Origin: Eledone cirrhosa | Taxonomy: Eukaryota | DNA length: 64,000 nucleotides | Direction of reading: 5' to 3' | Assembly (NCBI GenBank): GCA_964016885.1 | Contig: OZ024741.1 | Location: 193,502,001 to 193,566,000, forward strand | The notes under the pieces: model-generated | The model's database searches: none | Seen by the model: only the letters and a program-made list of their open reading frames with translations | Told to the model about the DNA's origin: nothing | In this document: positions 1-15,879 of the stretch, piece after piece | Layout of the letters: every line of letters starts with the position of its first letter | Numbering within the stretch: the first letter of the stretch is position 1 | Program-made: the position numbers and the translations under genes

Positions 1-250
1 CCAGTTCTCCTTCAGAACTCTGCCACCATCATCTCCACACACACACACTCTCTGCACTACCCACCTTCATTTCTCTATTCAATTTTAACCACCACCGCCA
101 GCGTCACCGCACCACCTCCCCCGCGCACGGCATTGACTCGTTCACACTCACTTTCTCCTTCCACCTTTGTCCCCTAAACTTTTCTGACAGTTGAATATAG
201 TACACACCCACAACCCCTAGTTCTTCCTTACTCTGCCGCCACCACCACCT

Positions 251-284
<34 letters not shown>

Positions 285-599
285 GCAACTACCCACAATT
301 CCTTTCTCTATCCCATTTCACTACACGGATACACCTATCCCATTCAACTCGGCCTCCGTGACTTTCGCACTCCTAGATTGTACCCACCACGGAGTATACA
401 CACATGCAACCATTAACCACACATCTCTGCCAAACACATACCAGCATACACACGCTCACACTTATGTATGAACACACATGTCCACCAACAATACATTTAA
501 CATCCACACACACGGAAATGCACCGTAATGCTCACTCCACCTACACACAAACACTCGCTGCACATCAGCCTCCCCACCCCACCACTCCACCTCCCCTCC

Positions 600-845
600 T
601 TATTATTCTTATTTTTACATTCATTTTTTGTAATTTCTTCCTAACGTATTTCAACTACCATTTATTTAATTATAACTTTTGCCTTTTTCAGTCTTTAACG
701 TTATTTTCCTTATATGTTATTTCTGATGAAGGGTAAATACCCGATACGTTACTATGTAACTCATTCTTTTTTCTCAAAGCGTGGTGAAACTAATACATTT
801 TATGTTATTGCATCCTCTTGTTCGTTCGTTTAGTGTTTCCTTGAC
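600..845 (+). mobile_element. Penelope-like 3' end/pLTR remnant with a degenerate hammerhead at 723-750
   Basis: CTGATGA-A-GGGTA-AA-TACCC-GATAC-GTT (GAAA mutated to GATA), in T-rich context. Confidence 0.45.
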
Positions 846-855
846 TTATATATAA

Positions 856-955
<100 letters not shown>

Positions 956-959
956 ATTT

Positions 960-3960
<3,001 letters not shown>

Positions 3961-4082
3961 AAAAAAACACATTCTTTTGTAGATTAACCCCCAGGCTGAA
4001 TTGTCAGCTGGGTGGCAATCTCATTTAATTTGAAATTAATTTGAAAAACTGTTAAGAAAATGTTTAATATTTTTCCATCAGC

Positions 4083-7000
4083 AATGGCTAGCGTTCAAGG
4101 AAGGAAAAAGAAAAGAAGAAATAGACTTTAACATTGCTAAGAGCTTTGCCTGTATCAATGTAGTTCACAACAAAGTTTTGTTTCACGAAAGTGAAGTAGA
4201 CAACACAAACAAAATTGAACCACACAGTGTACAACAGACACCAAAAACAACAGAAAAAACAACAGAAAATGAAACGATTGACACAACTATAAACGGAAAA
4301 ACCGACAACCACAACAACAACAATAACAACAACACCAAAAAAATAACTTTTGCGCAAACAGTCATCAACAAACAAGATTACAAGGATCTCGATATCTCCA
4401 ATGCGAGACAGAGGCTCTCTGAAGCAAAGGAGTTTATCATTTTCGGTGAAAACGGTGGGTTTCAAATAAACTCACCCCCATAAATTCGTCTTGAAACACT
4501 TCGAAGAACAGTTACCTTCAGAACTGTTTCAAATGAAACAAAAAGACCAGCATTCCTCAGTCAAGGGGAAATTGAGGCAACCTTGAAGGAAATATTGCCA
4601 AACATTGACTTTATGCAGAGAGCCAAATAGTATGGGAGTATTTCGGTGCTCCTCAAAAGCGAGGCCCTCGCACAAAAATATTCAGTGACATCAATACTGT
4701 AAAAAGAAATCACCTTTTTCCCTACATACCTGGGAAAAAGAACTCAGAAAATCAGAATTGCAAACATACCACCAAATATTAATATTTGGTGGATATTGGC
4801 AGGATTTTTAGAGGAGGGACAAGACACCATTCTCTCCATCAAAACGTTAACCAGACACACGTGGTATGGTACAAATTTGGAGATTCTGGTGCAAATGAGC
4901 CCGGAGAGAATCTCCAAAATACCCGAAAAAGTGCTGGTGGACAACAACACCCACATAAGCATTTCGTTTGAAGGAAGAAAACCACACTGTTTTTGATGTA
5001 ACAGCACAGCACATCTAAAGGCCTCCTGCCCTTTTCAGACCAAAAAAAATACTGTTACCAACACTAACACCAAAACAACCACCACAACAACAACACAAAA
5101 AACAAGCAAACGCACTAAAACAAACAGCCACTCAACCAACAGCAGGAAAAACACAAACAACTACCCCGAAGAATACAGTCCCACTCCATCCCACTCCATC
5201 CAACACTCCCACAAACACGCACACAAACACGCCATCACCACACAACATACCCCTACCGCAAACTACTGATGACGAATCATCGTCAGACGAGGCTACTTCT
5301 TCATCTCCAAGTGAAGATGAAGGACAGCCTCGAAAATCAAAAAAGCAACAAAAAGGCGCCACAAGGCCACAAAAACAACAATCACCAACACCAACGCACA
5401 ATCACCGACACAAACAACAACACAAACAACATCACAATCAACCCTCCCCCACCACAACCACCACCACCACCACCCACCACCACCAGCAAAACAAACACCT
5501 ACACCACCCCAAACACAAGACCCAGCATAAAAAGAAAACTCCCGGATGAACAACAAACTAAAACAAAACAACAAAAACACAAACAAAAATACGCATACAT
5601 CAACACAAGCAACACGAGTTTGATGGAGGTCATCTCCAAAAACCCAAGATGGAGACGGAGGGCAAAACTTTCGTTAAAGCAGAATCGTCTCCACACCTCA
5701 AACTAATAAGGGTTTCTATGGAAACATATAACGAACTAAAAACAAAAGTTTCGCAGGACGTGGGCAACCGCTGTCAAAAACCCATAAACCGCGTCCTGTT
5801 AAAATGTTTCCCCACCCCACCCAACACCCCTACCAGCACCCAAATGGAGATTGAACAACCCGATCTCCAGGAAACGAAAAGGTAAGTGCACCTTTTCGTC
5901 CTTTTTCGCCAACTCTTCTCCACCAACATGGCTAATTTATGAGTTGGAAGCATGAATGTGCGTGGCCTAGGGATGCCCTTTTAAACGACCTTAGGTCACA
6001 CGGTATGGATGTGATAGCCATCACCGAGTCCAGGATCCACAACAGGCAGCAACGAACCCCCATCTTCAATGACTTTGAGATCTACGCATCTCTCTGTCAG
6101 CCAGGAGGTGGAGGGGAGTGGCTGTCATGTTTCGGAAAAACCTGGACGTCGAAGTACAGCAAGTACACTTGAACCCGGAGGGTAGACTGGTAGTCCGAGA
6201 CGTGAACAGTGTTGGAGGTGGAGCCTTCAGACTGGTGGCCGTTTATGCTCCGACTGGGCAATCACGGCCAGACTTCTTTAAGCGTCTAGAGTATTTTCTG
6301 GGAACGTCTTGCTCCTTGCTTTTAGTGGGGGACTGGAATGGCATCCTAGACGCATGGTGGAACTATGTAGGATCATGTCCCAGTAGAGGGGTGTGCAACA
6401 GCCTCAAACATTTAATCGGCCAATTCCAACTGGCCGATAGGTATCGACTAGATTTCCCGCAAAACCTATCCTGGAAACGACATCCCACCTTGTCTAAAAT
6501 CTATGGCAAACTCCCTCGAGCCTCTGCCCTTCTAAAATCCCGGAGAGTTCAATTTGCTGGCCACTGTCACCGTGCCAGCAATGAAATCATATCCGCTCTC
6601 TTGCTCTGGAACCCTGACTCCAGCCTGACTAGGAGTAGGAAGCTGTCATTCCCTGACGTTATCTCTAGGGATACGGGAATCAGTAGACGGGACCTGGGTG
6701 CAGCGATGGGGGACAGGGAATTCTGGGGCATGAGAGTGAGATCCATCATCTCGACAGTAGTCGACGAATGATGATGATGATGAGATTTCCCGACTGCACC
6801 ACAGTGGACGTGGAAAAAGCGCAGCGGGACATCTAGATCGTATTTAGACAGGTTTTTATTAGAGAGAGAGTCAAGAAGATGTTAAGCTGTCCACAAATGC
6901 ACATGGTTGCCTATTCAGACCACAAAGTAGTCATCTGCATAGTCAACCGTGATAGAATACATAGACAAGGGCCCGGATACTGGAAGCTGAACGTGTCGCT

Positions 7001-9705
7001 ACCGACACTTAAAGCCTACAGTGCACGGATAAGTAGATTAGTTAAACAACAATTGACGGGAGCCCTCGTCAATAACAGATGGTGGCACTCCCTCGAGAAA
7101 GCAATTAGAGTAGAGTCAATAGACTTTAGCAGAGAGTTAGCCTTAGAGAGAAACAAAACAGAAACGGAACTAGTAGCCAAAGTAGAGGAGGCGCTTAGGA
7201 GTGGCAACTTAGCTAGAGTGTTAGCAACGAGAACGACACTGGGCCAGTTCTTCGACGCAAAACACGAAGGCTGCGTAGTCAGAAGTAAATCACGTGCTCT
7301 AGGAAACGAGGGAGCGAAAGCTGTTAGCTAGGCCTGAGTGGCAGAGGCGAAAAATGGAAACAAGTCCACGATTCGGTCTTTGAAAGACCAAAACGGACGC
7401 GTGCTACTTGACCCCAAACGGATGTGCGCGGCCTTTCAGCGGCACTTTGCGCAACTGTTCGGGCAGAGTGGCGGTGGATTGAACGGGGAAATGGACTTCG
7501 GTTCATACCTCGACGGCCTTCCGCGTCTCTCGAGCATGGACGCCGAGTTCTGCGAAAGACCGATCACAGCCACTGAAATACGGGACGCTCTGGGCCGCTG
7601 CGGGAAACGCAAATCACCCGGTCTAGATGGTCTACCCTATGAGTTTTACATAAGCATGCCGGGCTTGTTCTCTGGTGTCCTCGACGCCGTCTACTGCAAC
7701 TGGCAGCAGAACAGGGGCGTAGTAATGCTGATCAGGAAAGACGAGAACAAGGGAGACGAACTAAGCAACTTTAGGCCCATAACTCTGCTCAACACAGAGT
7801 TAAAGATTTTGGCCAAGGTGTTGGCAACGAGGTTGGCGCTTGTCGTCGAGAACCTGGTAGGGAAAGCGCAAATGTTTGCAATCCCGACCAGGTCCATACA
7901 CGACAACCTCCACCTCATGCGATACATCATAGAGAGGGTGGGTGTAAACCCGACTTTGGTGGGGCTCTGATCAATTCAGATCAGTCTAAGGCGTTCGATA
8001 GGGTCGACCATCGATACTTGGAAGCAGTTCTCTAGGCGGCCGGTTTCGGACCCGTCTTCAGAAGCTGGATCGCCGCAATGCACACCAACATCTGCTCGAT
8101 GGTCAATTTGAACGGCTACCTATCGGAGCCGTTCGCAATCACGCGTTCCATCCGACAGGGAAGCCCTTTCTCCTCCATTCTGTACGTACTGACCCTAGAG
8201 CCACTGCTGCGGAAGTTCGAACTGCTGAAGGGCATTCCATTGGAACCGGGACTTCGGAAAGCGGCGGCATCGGCTTATGCCGACGACGTGACGGTAATGG
8301 TGTCGGAAGCCTCCGAAATCGGAGTGATCTGCAGCTTACTGCAGAATAAGAAAGGCTCACAGGAGCAAAACTGGACCCGGACAAGTCTGTGGGTTTGCAA
8401 CTCGGAACGTGGAGAGGCAAACCGATGCCGTCCGACAGCCTCTTCGGACGCTGGACGGACGGACCGGTGAAATTGCTCGGGGTCTGGTTCTGTCCGGACT
8501 TCCAGGTGGAGAAAAACTGGAACGAGGTCACGGCCAAGGTATTTGCGCTCACCCAGAAGTGGGCAGAGTACAAACTATCCTTGAATGGTCGAGCGGAGGT
8601 GGCGAACACTTTCATAGCGTCCGTCATCTACTACCGCTTGACCGTCGTGCCTTGTCCCTGTGAACACCTCGCCAAGATGGAACGCATGCTCTTTCAGAGG
8701 AGATCCGTCTGCTGTCAGCACCATTCCAACGGAGGGCTGGGAATGCCGTGGCTGATGGTGCGTAAGCATGCGCTGAGGCTACGGCATCTACAGGTATTCC
8801 TCACCGACCCCCAACCGGTGTGGGCACCGTTTGTGAGACAGGCCTTCCCGCAACTTGTCTCGCTGGTGGAGCTGCAGTCCTGGGTCAAGCGAAGACCGAA
8901 GAAGATGGGCGCCTGGCACATTGAATGCGCTCAGGCGCTCACAATTCTCTTTCAAGCGGGCACGGAAATCAGTGGTGACTCCACTTCGACATTCTATAGA
9001 GGGTTAGTACGTCACAAGGGCGACGGCGTGCTCGGAGAGACTCTAGGCGTCGAAGACGACGAACTCACCAGTCTGTTTGGTAGGACTTTCTGCCTGGGAC
9101 CTATGTACACTGCCCGGGCGTAACTGTGGAACTACGCAGAACAACTGCTGTTGCGTATGGGACAAATCCAGTTGACTGCCGAGTCCATAGTAAGGATCAA
9201 ACCGCCAACTTCTTTCAAAAACGAAAGAGAGGCGGTTTTCCTCTGTATAGTGGCTATAGTGAAAGAAGCTATATGGTGAACGAGATTGAGAGGACTGAGG
9301 ACAGATGCCTTTCTCTCCGGACAACAACTCATTCGCTTCTTTAGATACCACTTTAGAAGGAGAATCAGAGTGGAGAGAGAGGCACTACACGCCAGTAAAT
9401 TTACTGAAAGGTGGGTGAATGTGGCAAAAATGGCCCGAGTGATTGGGCCTTCTCTGTATATAAATCTGTAGGTTGAAGAAGAGAGCAAAAGGAAGAAAGG
9501 TGCACTTGCACAACAAGCTCCTGAAGTTGAGGGTTGTTCTATCGACGGGGTGTTAAACGACCCATTTGTGGCGCCTCCCCTTTATTGGGGATTTCGATTG
9601 TTATAATTGTGTTTCATATTTTTACACGATTGTATGTAAAATCTCCGGCATGTCTTCGTTTTGTCCCCATTTCTTGTGCGCCATTGTGGCTAATAAAGAA
9701 ATATA
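4083..9705 (+). mobile_element. Near full-length decayed L1/Tx1-like LINE (ORF1 plus ORF2)
   Basis: ORF1 remnant with a CCHC knuckle (CF*CNSTAHLKASC near 4990-5030); APE motifs (VAVYAP, VGDWN, SDH, GPGYWKLN); RT motifs KSPGLDGLP, RPITLLN, RQG, AYADDV; AATAAA near 9692. Confidence 0.9.
6460..6782 (+). mobile_element. 5'-truncated RTE-X-like LINE 3' end nested in the L1 endonuclease
   Basis: 10-bp TSD AGATTTCCCG (6450-6459 and 6783-6792), (TGA)n tail, peptide SWKRHPT...RRVQFAGHCHR...DREFW. Confidence 0.85.
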
Positions 9706-9711
9706 TCTATT

Positions 9712-10290
9712 AATAACGGTGGGTACTGTCTTTCGAGCAGAATTTCCTTTAATTCTTGGAGTCTTTTATTCCGCGTTTCATAATTGGATGGCTGGAGGAA
9801 TAGCAGCTATTGTTTGGAATCTGTTGGTTTGTAGAGGATGTCAGTTTCAATATTTGTGTCTTTTTTTATGATTAAGATGTCCAGAAATGGGAGTTGGGTC
9901 TTGGCTGTATTCCATTGTGAATTGGATATGGTTATTGATACTGTTAATTAAATTTTTGAATTCATTTAATTGGTCGAGTGTGTGGGACCATAGAATAAGG
10001 CAATCATCCAATTAGCGTTTCCAATTCTCTGACAAATATTTGTGGAAGTTCAAGCTGAATGTTCATATATCTGGATTTCTAAGTGTGCCATGACTAAGTT
10101 AGTGTAAGTTGGTGCGGTTTTTGTACCCATCGCAGTCCCAGATATTTGTTTGTAAATGTTGCCATTGAAATCAAAAAAGTTGTTTTGTAAAACGAATTTT
10201 AAATATTGAAACTGAAAAGTTGTTTTGTAAAATAAATTTTAAATATTAAAACTGACATCCACTACAAACCAACAGATTCCAAGTAATCTA
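9712..10290 (-). mobile_element. Penelope-like RT fragment
   Basis: Minus strand encodes GTAMGTKTAPTYTNLVMAHLE and WKR*LDDCLILW, typical of PLE reverse transcriptase. Confidence 0.8.
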
Positions 10291-10299
10291 CCTGTGCTA

Positions 10300-10680
10300 C
10301 TGTTTTTCAAATACCACTTTGGAAGAAGAATCAGGATGGAGAGAGAGGTGCTGTACCCCCAGCAAGTTTTATGAAAGGTGGGTGAAAGTGGCGAGAATGG
10401 CCCGAGTGAATGGGCATTCTCTCTATATCAGCCTGTAGGTTGAGGAAAAGGAGGAGGAGAGGAAAGGAGTACAAACTCTTCGTACTCCTGGAGATAAGGG
10501 TTGCACATTTTTTCGGGGGTATGTGTTACCCATATAAACTGTCTCCCCCTATTGGGGAAAATCGACTAACTTTTTAAATTGCATTTGTGATAACATTTTA
10601 CACGTTTTTATTGTATGTAAACTTCCCCCTTTGTATTTGTCCCCTTCTTTTGTGCCCCTGTGGCTAATAAAGAAACATAT
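10300..10680 (+). mobile_element. 3' end of a second L1/Tx1-like copy
   Basis: Similar to 9340-9705 (taccacttt.gaag.agaatcag, aaaggtgggtgaa.gtggc, gtggctaataaagaa). Confidence 0.8.
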
Positions 10681-10699
10681 CTTATAACTAAATCTGCCA

Positions 10700-11330
10700 T
10701 TTCTTTTACGTAGCTATTTGCTAAGATACACAACAGCAGAAGATACCAATGTAACTCATAATTTATTTGTGGGTGATTTAAAATTCTATACTAGAAATGT
10801 TTATAGTGTTGAAAAACAACAGTTTGAGTTAATAACATTTACAGTTGATATAGGGATAGAATTTGGCCGAAGGAACTGTTCATATGTGGTAGTTAACCAC
10901 AGAAACAATTTCCCAATTTCCCCAAGCCAAATGTTTGCTTCAAAGATCTCTCTATTTCTTCTATACCACACAACAAATGCTAGAAATACCTAGATATTGA
11001 GGAAAATATATTATACAAAAATACTTTAAACAAAAATAAAGGGACCAACGAATATTGTACAAAATTAAATTAATATAGCAAGCGAGGCTTTTTCCTTGTA
11101 GCACAATATTCCATAATGCGTTTGCAGTACCGCTACTGATACCAATATTTGGGATATCAACAAATCTGTAGAGGATATTCACTCCATAGATATTAAAACC
11201 CGCAAACTCTGACATCAACCTGAAGTTTCAAGCGAAACGGTGATATCTAAAACGAAAATAAGGTGGGAGATGCATGTTATCTAATACTTCTAGAGTTGCA
11301 TTGGAGGTCGTCGGGAAGTGATGTTGTTCT
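10700..11330 (+). mobile_element. Highly decayed RT fragment of an RLE-type (R4/Dong-like) non-LTR element
   Basis: THNLFVGDLKFY...DIGIEFG..NC resembles SHLxxxDDLKLY...DIGMxFG..KC; later NAFAVPLL..IFG. Confidence 0.55.
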
Positions 11331-11612
11331 CTTCTCTCTGGAGCACTTGGCTGAGGTATTTAATTTTGCTAAAATTAAATTCAGCAAAAATAGATACAAC
11401 TCAAGAACTGCGAGATTAGCACAACTCAAGAAGGACCCGAAAGAGAAAATATAAGTAAAGGTATCAATTGTTTAAAAACTATAATTTGTAAATAATATAT
11501 GGAATGGTGTAGGTAATATTAAATGTTACAGAAATAGTGTAAAGTATAATACAAACAAAATTAATAGTTATCTAAATTATTATACTACATTAATATCGAT
11601 CTTATAAACAGT

Positions 11613-11760
11613 AGGCGGCGTATTTACAAAGTCGTTAGAACGTCGGATAGAATGCTTTGCGGTATTTGTTTCAGCTCTCTGAGTTCAAATCCCGCCGAGG
11701 TTTACTTTGCCTTTCATCCATTCAAAGTTCCAGTCAAGTATTGAGGTCGATTTTTCCTCT
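11613..11760 (+). mobile_element. tRNA-derived SINE (GGCGG-head family), diverged
   Basis: B-box-like gagttcaaatcccgccgagg followed by actttgcctttcatcc, shared with the 32774 and 40266 copies. Confidence 0.75.
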
Positions 11761-12599
11761 GTGTCTCCTCTTTCTTATGTCCATTCTTTCACTCTCTCTA
11801 TCCTCCTCTGGAAGAAATCTATTGTATTCCGACCTGGAGGGACATGGGTTCCGCCAGGTTTAAAGCTATCCAAGAAACGCCGTATGTCAAAACGTTTCCC
11901 CACCGACTCCCTCGGGTGTTATGGAACCATGCATGCATAAATAAATAAACAATGAAATATTAATTGTATTACTATATTTTTTTTAATATGAAGTTTAGAA
12001 AGTTATTTTCATTTTAAATCATTGTTTAAGCCGATATGGATATGCACTTACAATGCACGACTATTAGTAGATAATTAGTTTATGTAGAATTTTATTATGT
12101 TGATATTAATATAAAAAATAGTTTACAACTAACTTGTGAACTTCGGAAAGACAGATTCACTTTAATAAACTTTTGTTAGCAAAATGTTATATATACTATG
12201 GATCTAAAGAGAACAATAACAGAAGAGACAGAGAAAAGGGGAAAGAAAGAAAAAGGGTTGTGTAGATTAACGGTATGAAAATTTTAATTTACTAAAAATT
12301 AAGTTCAGATACATATGATGTAACTATTCATATTAGACTCTACACGGGATTTAATGACTAATTTAATAAGGAACTTTCAGGAAAGCTGGACAGCAGGTCT
12401 TCAGAGAAGAAACGCCTTTATGCAAGTGTAGCAGCGTACAAGAAAGTGAACGAAGTGGGTAAGGTGAAGTGTTAAAACATATAATTGAATATATACAATA
12501 TACTGAATAAGATATTAAACATTCTCGGTGGCCTTGGTCTCTGAATTTGGATGCAATAGTATCTGCATACCTAGTCCTGACTTCCTCTTGCCGTGTCCT

Positions 12600-13720
12600 C
12601 ACTCATCAACAGGGTTCTCCCCAACTCAACGGAATTCACTGTGATCGAGAAACCCGAGGCAACCTACGAGACTTGGAACCGCCTCGGACTCCGCCCAGTT
12701 AACATCCCTCCTCCTCTTCCCCTTTAGACGTCAAATCCCACCCTAGCATATGGTGTGCCATCCAATGCGACATGGCCTCGAACATGCTAGCGCGCCAGCT
12801 CGAGCAGCACCACCTCACATGCATTCGTTCGGACTCGCAACCCCACTGCGGTGCCTGGATCAATGCTTTACCCTCCTTTTCGACTGACACGCAGCTGGAT
12901 AATGGGAGCCTGCGAATCGTGCTAGCGCGCCAGCTCGAGCAGCACCACCTCACATGCATTCGTTCGGACTCGCAACCCCACTGCGGTGCCTGGATCAATG
13001 CCTTACTCTCCTTTTCGACTGACACACAGCTGGATAATGAGAGCCTGCGAATCGGGGCTTTCCTGATGCTCGGCCTCCGGATCTGCGATACACACAAATG
13101 TCGCTGCGGATCCTTCGTAGACTTTTTCGGCCTCCACCCATGCTGCTCTCAACAAGGTTATAAAGCATGGCTTGGATGCTGCAGGCTTCCCCTTCCGCTC
13201 GAGCCGGCGGGGCTGGACCGGTGGGACAGCAAAATGCCAGATGGCATGACCATCTTCCCGTTTCGCGGTGGTAAACCCCTCAACTGGGATACCACTTGCA
13301 GCGACACATTCTCCAGCGGCAACTTGGTGCAGTCTGCAAAAAAACCCAGGCTCTACTTCACTTCGGGCCGAGGAGGGTAAACTCGCCAAATATCGGTCGC
13401 CCGCCAACAGATTTGCAGTCGGGCCTGTAGCAGTGGGGAATTCTGGTGTCCTTGGTCCTAGGACCACCCCCCACTACTCACCACCATCGGCACAGAGTTG
13501 GCTACCCGCAGTGTCAGCCTCACGAGCTGGTATGGCTCTTCCAGTGGGTCTCCCTCACCATCCTACGGGGAAACGCCTTCTCTATTCTGTCTATCGGGGC
13601 CGTGGAGTGGCCAGTGCGTGGGCCCCCATTTGCTTCTAATAGTGAGTGATGGGGAGAGCGGGATAGACGGAGGCAGTGTCAATGGGAGTTTGGTTCCATT
13701 ATGTTCGGATTTGGTGTATA
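12600..13720 (+). mobile_element. CRE-like (RLE endonuclease) non-LTR retrotransposon, 3' part
   Basis: GAWINALP, CxCG...GLH zinc knuckle, LEPAGLDRxDxKxPDG...WDxT (PD-D core), WLFQWVSLTILRGNAFSIL. Confidence 0.8.
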
Positions 13721-14299
13721 TGTATATATTTATTTACCACATTTCGTTAGAAAGATTTTCATAACTCTTTAATATTCTATCCTTCTATCAACTATCTAAA
13801 AGTTCTTTCTATGTTACTTACTTTTTAACAAAAAAAATACCACTAGAATTTAGAATTATAATTAAAAGGGTTTATCAAAACATATTAGGAATGGAATATC
13901 AAATAAGAGTATAATGAGAGAATTCAGAACTAAGATTATTATTGTTGTGTATTAATATCTATACTATTTATTTTATTAAACCCTAATTATGTTAATAAAA
14001 AATATAATTTCTTCATAATTAAAGAAATAACATTTATTTTAATTATTACACTGTAAGAGTATATATTTACTTGCAATTTAAAAGTATAGTTTAACATTCA
14101 TCTTCTAAGAATAAAGGAATTATATCTGAAAGAATGTTTAATTATATTAACTTCTTAACTATTAGGTTGAACAGAAAGTTCTCGCCGTTTTTCAATTTTT
14201 TATTGACTTTGGTGGTGTTTTTTAACACTAGGAAAATTTTACAAATCAAAATAATCGGCATCATTTGCGATTACCGTCTGCTATCATTTAGGAAGGCAC

Positions 14300-14780
14300 A
14301 TGATTGCATCCTTATAGAATTCGTCTGGCTTCGATGCAAAAAATTCCATCAGCCATTGACTTACTAAAATGTTTAAATTGATTATAAAAAATGTATATAA
14401 GAGTGATAATTCTCCATATGAGAAATATTCATCAAAAACCATATATCATAAACTATTCCAAAAGAGAAAAAGAAATTTGTGTTGGCAGAAAATAACACTT
14501 TCTTGTCGATGAATCTAAAGCGGTTTTATCAGACATCATTATTTCCAGAACTTCGATCGAATAAAGATTACATTCAGAACCATTTTTGTAGGGACAACCA
14601 GTATCAATTGTAGATTATAAACCGCGAATCAGCAAATGTTGGCTGTAATTGTAGAATCCTTATGAATTGCTCTCTTGAAGGGCATTTTTTTAAAGGAGAA
14701 TGTAGTATATCAATGTGTTGTTGTCACTGTAAATAGCCGAAATGTTTATATTGGAACTGCATCAAATATTAAAGTACGAG
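14300..14780 (+). mobile_element. Penelope-like GIY-YIG endonuclease remnant
   Basis: CNCR..NCSLEG...ENVVYQC...VYIGTAS reading at about 14640-14765. Confidence 0.65.
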
Positions 14781-14781
14781 C

Positions 14782-14860
14782 TAGGGTTAGGCCTAGCCTT
14801 AGAAGTAGGGATAAGGTTACGGTTACGGTTAGGATTAGAAGTTAGGGTTAGAGTTAAGGT
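14782..14860 (+). repeat. Short degenerate (TTAGGG)n tract
   Basis: tagggttagg, gttagggttagagttaaggt. Confidence 0.7.
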
Positions 14861-15419
14861 CAGGGCCGGATTTATCAGGGACCAAGGGGGCGAATGCTCT
14901 GGACCCCCTCGTTAACAGGAACTCCACTCTGAACAGGCCCCCTCCTCTCCAAACAAGGCTCCTTCAAATAGGCCTTCTCCACTTCAAACAAAGCCCTTCC
15001 TACTTATTGAGAACAGAGTTAGAAAGAGACCCTTTTCATAAACATAATTGTTTCTACTTTAGGCACAAGGCCAGCAATTACCCAGTGCATTACTGGTACT
15101 TTATGTTATCGACTTGGCTACTCATATTGACTTCCAGCATGCGTATTTCAAACACGTAGACAAGTTAGGGAAGAACGCATCGATCGTTCGTTTTTGTTTT
15201 GAACCGTTTCTGTTTCTCCTTTGAAAAGAAGGTATAGCCCTGAAATATCATGTCGGAATATACAGGGCAAAACATTACTTTTTGTTTTATTTGTCATCCT
15301 TTGCCCTTTATATATTTCTATGCATTATATCGGCTTTTGAAACATATCAGTCATTTATAATTTTACTTTTTAACTAAAATTAAAAGTTCTTGTAACTGAG
15401 TGGCATGTTAATGAAGAAA

Positions 15420-15870
15420 GGAGTGTCATTGAAACTGGGGGGGGGGGGTTAAGCTGTGTGTGAGAAGTGCCACGATTTATGGGCGCAAGGCATGGGTGAT
15501 AGACATTCATCGCCCAGAATGTGAAGCAGTAGAGAAGGATGAAAAGAGTAAAATTGAGAATGGTACGGTGGATGAGTGGAGTATTGCTCAGAGAGGGGAT
15601 ATACAAACAACGAATTGTAGAGAACGATGAAAATAAAGTCAGTGATGGATGTTGTGAAGAGAGATGGAATGAGATGGTTGGGTCATGTGAAGAGAAATGA
15701 TGAAAGTGACTGGGTGAGAGGAGTGATAGAAATGAATGTGGATGAGGTAGAAAAAGAAGACCAAAATATACAATACTGGCGATGATGGTGGAGGAATTAT
15801 AAGACAGAATATTGGTGAGAGAGACTGCAGTCAGTATGACAAAGTGTAGAAGTTTGTCATGAGACCTGCA
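15420..15870 (+). mobile_element. Decayed RTE C-terminal fragment
   Basis: EMRMVRWMSG-like and RWLGHVKR..DWVR-like remnants. Confidence 0.55.
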
Positions 15871-15879
15871 ATGTCAACC

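Noticed and set aside
14861-14960. CAGGGCCGGATTT hAT-like terminus
   Set aside because: No matching second TIR or 8-bp TSD found.
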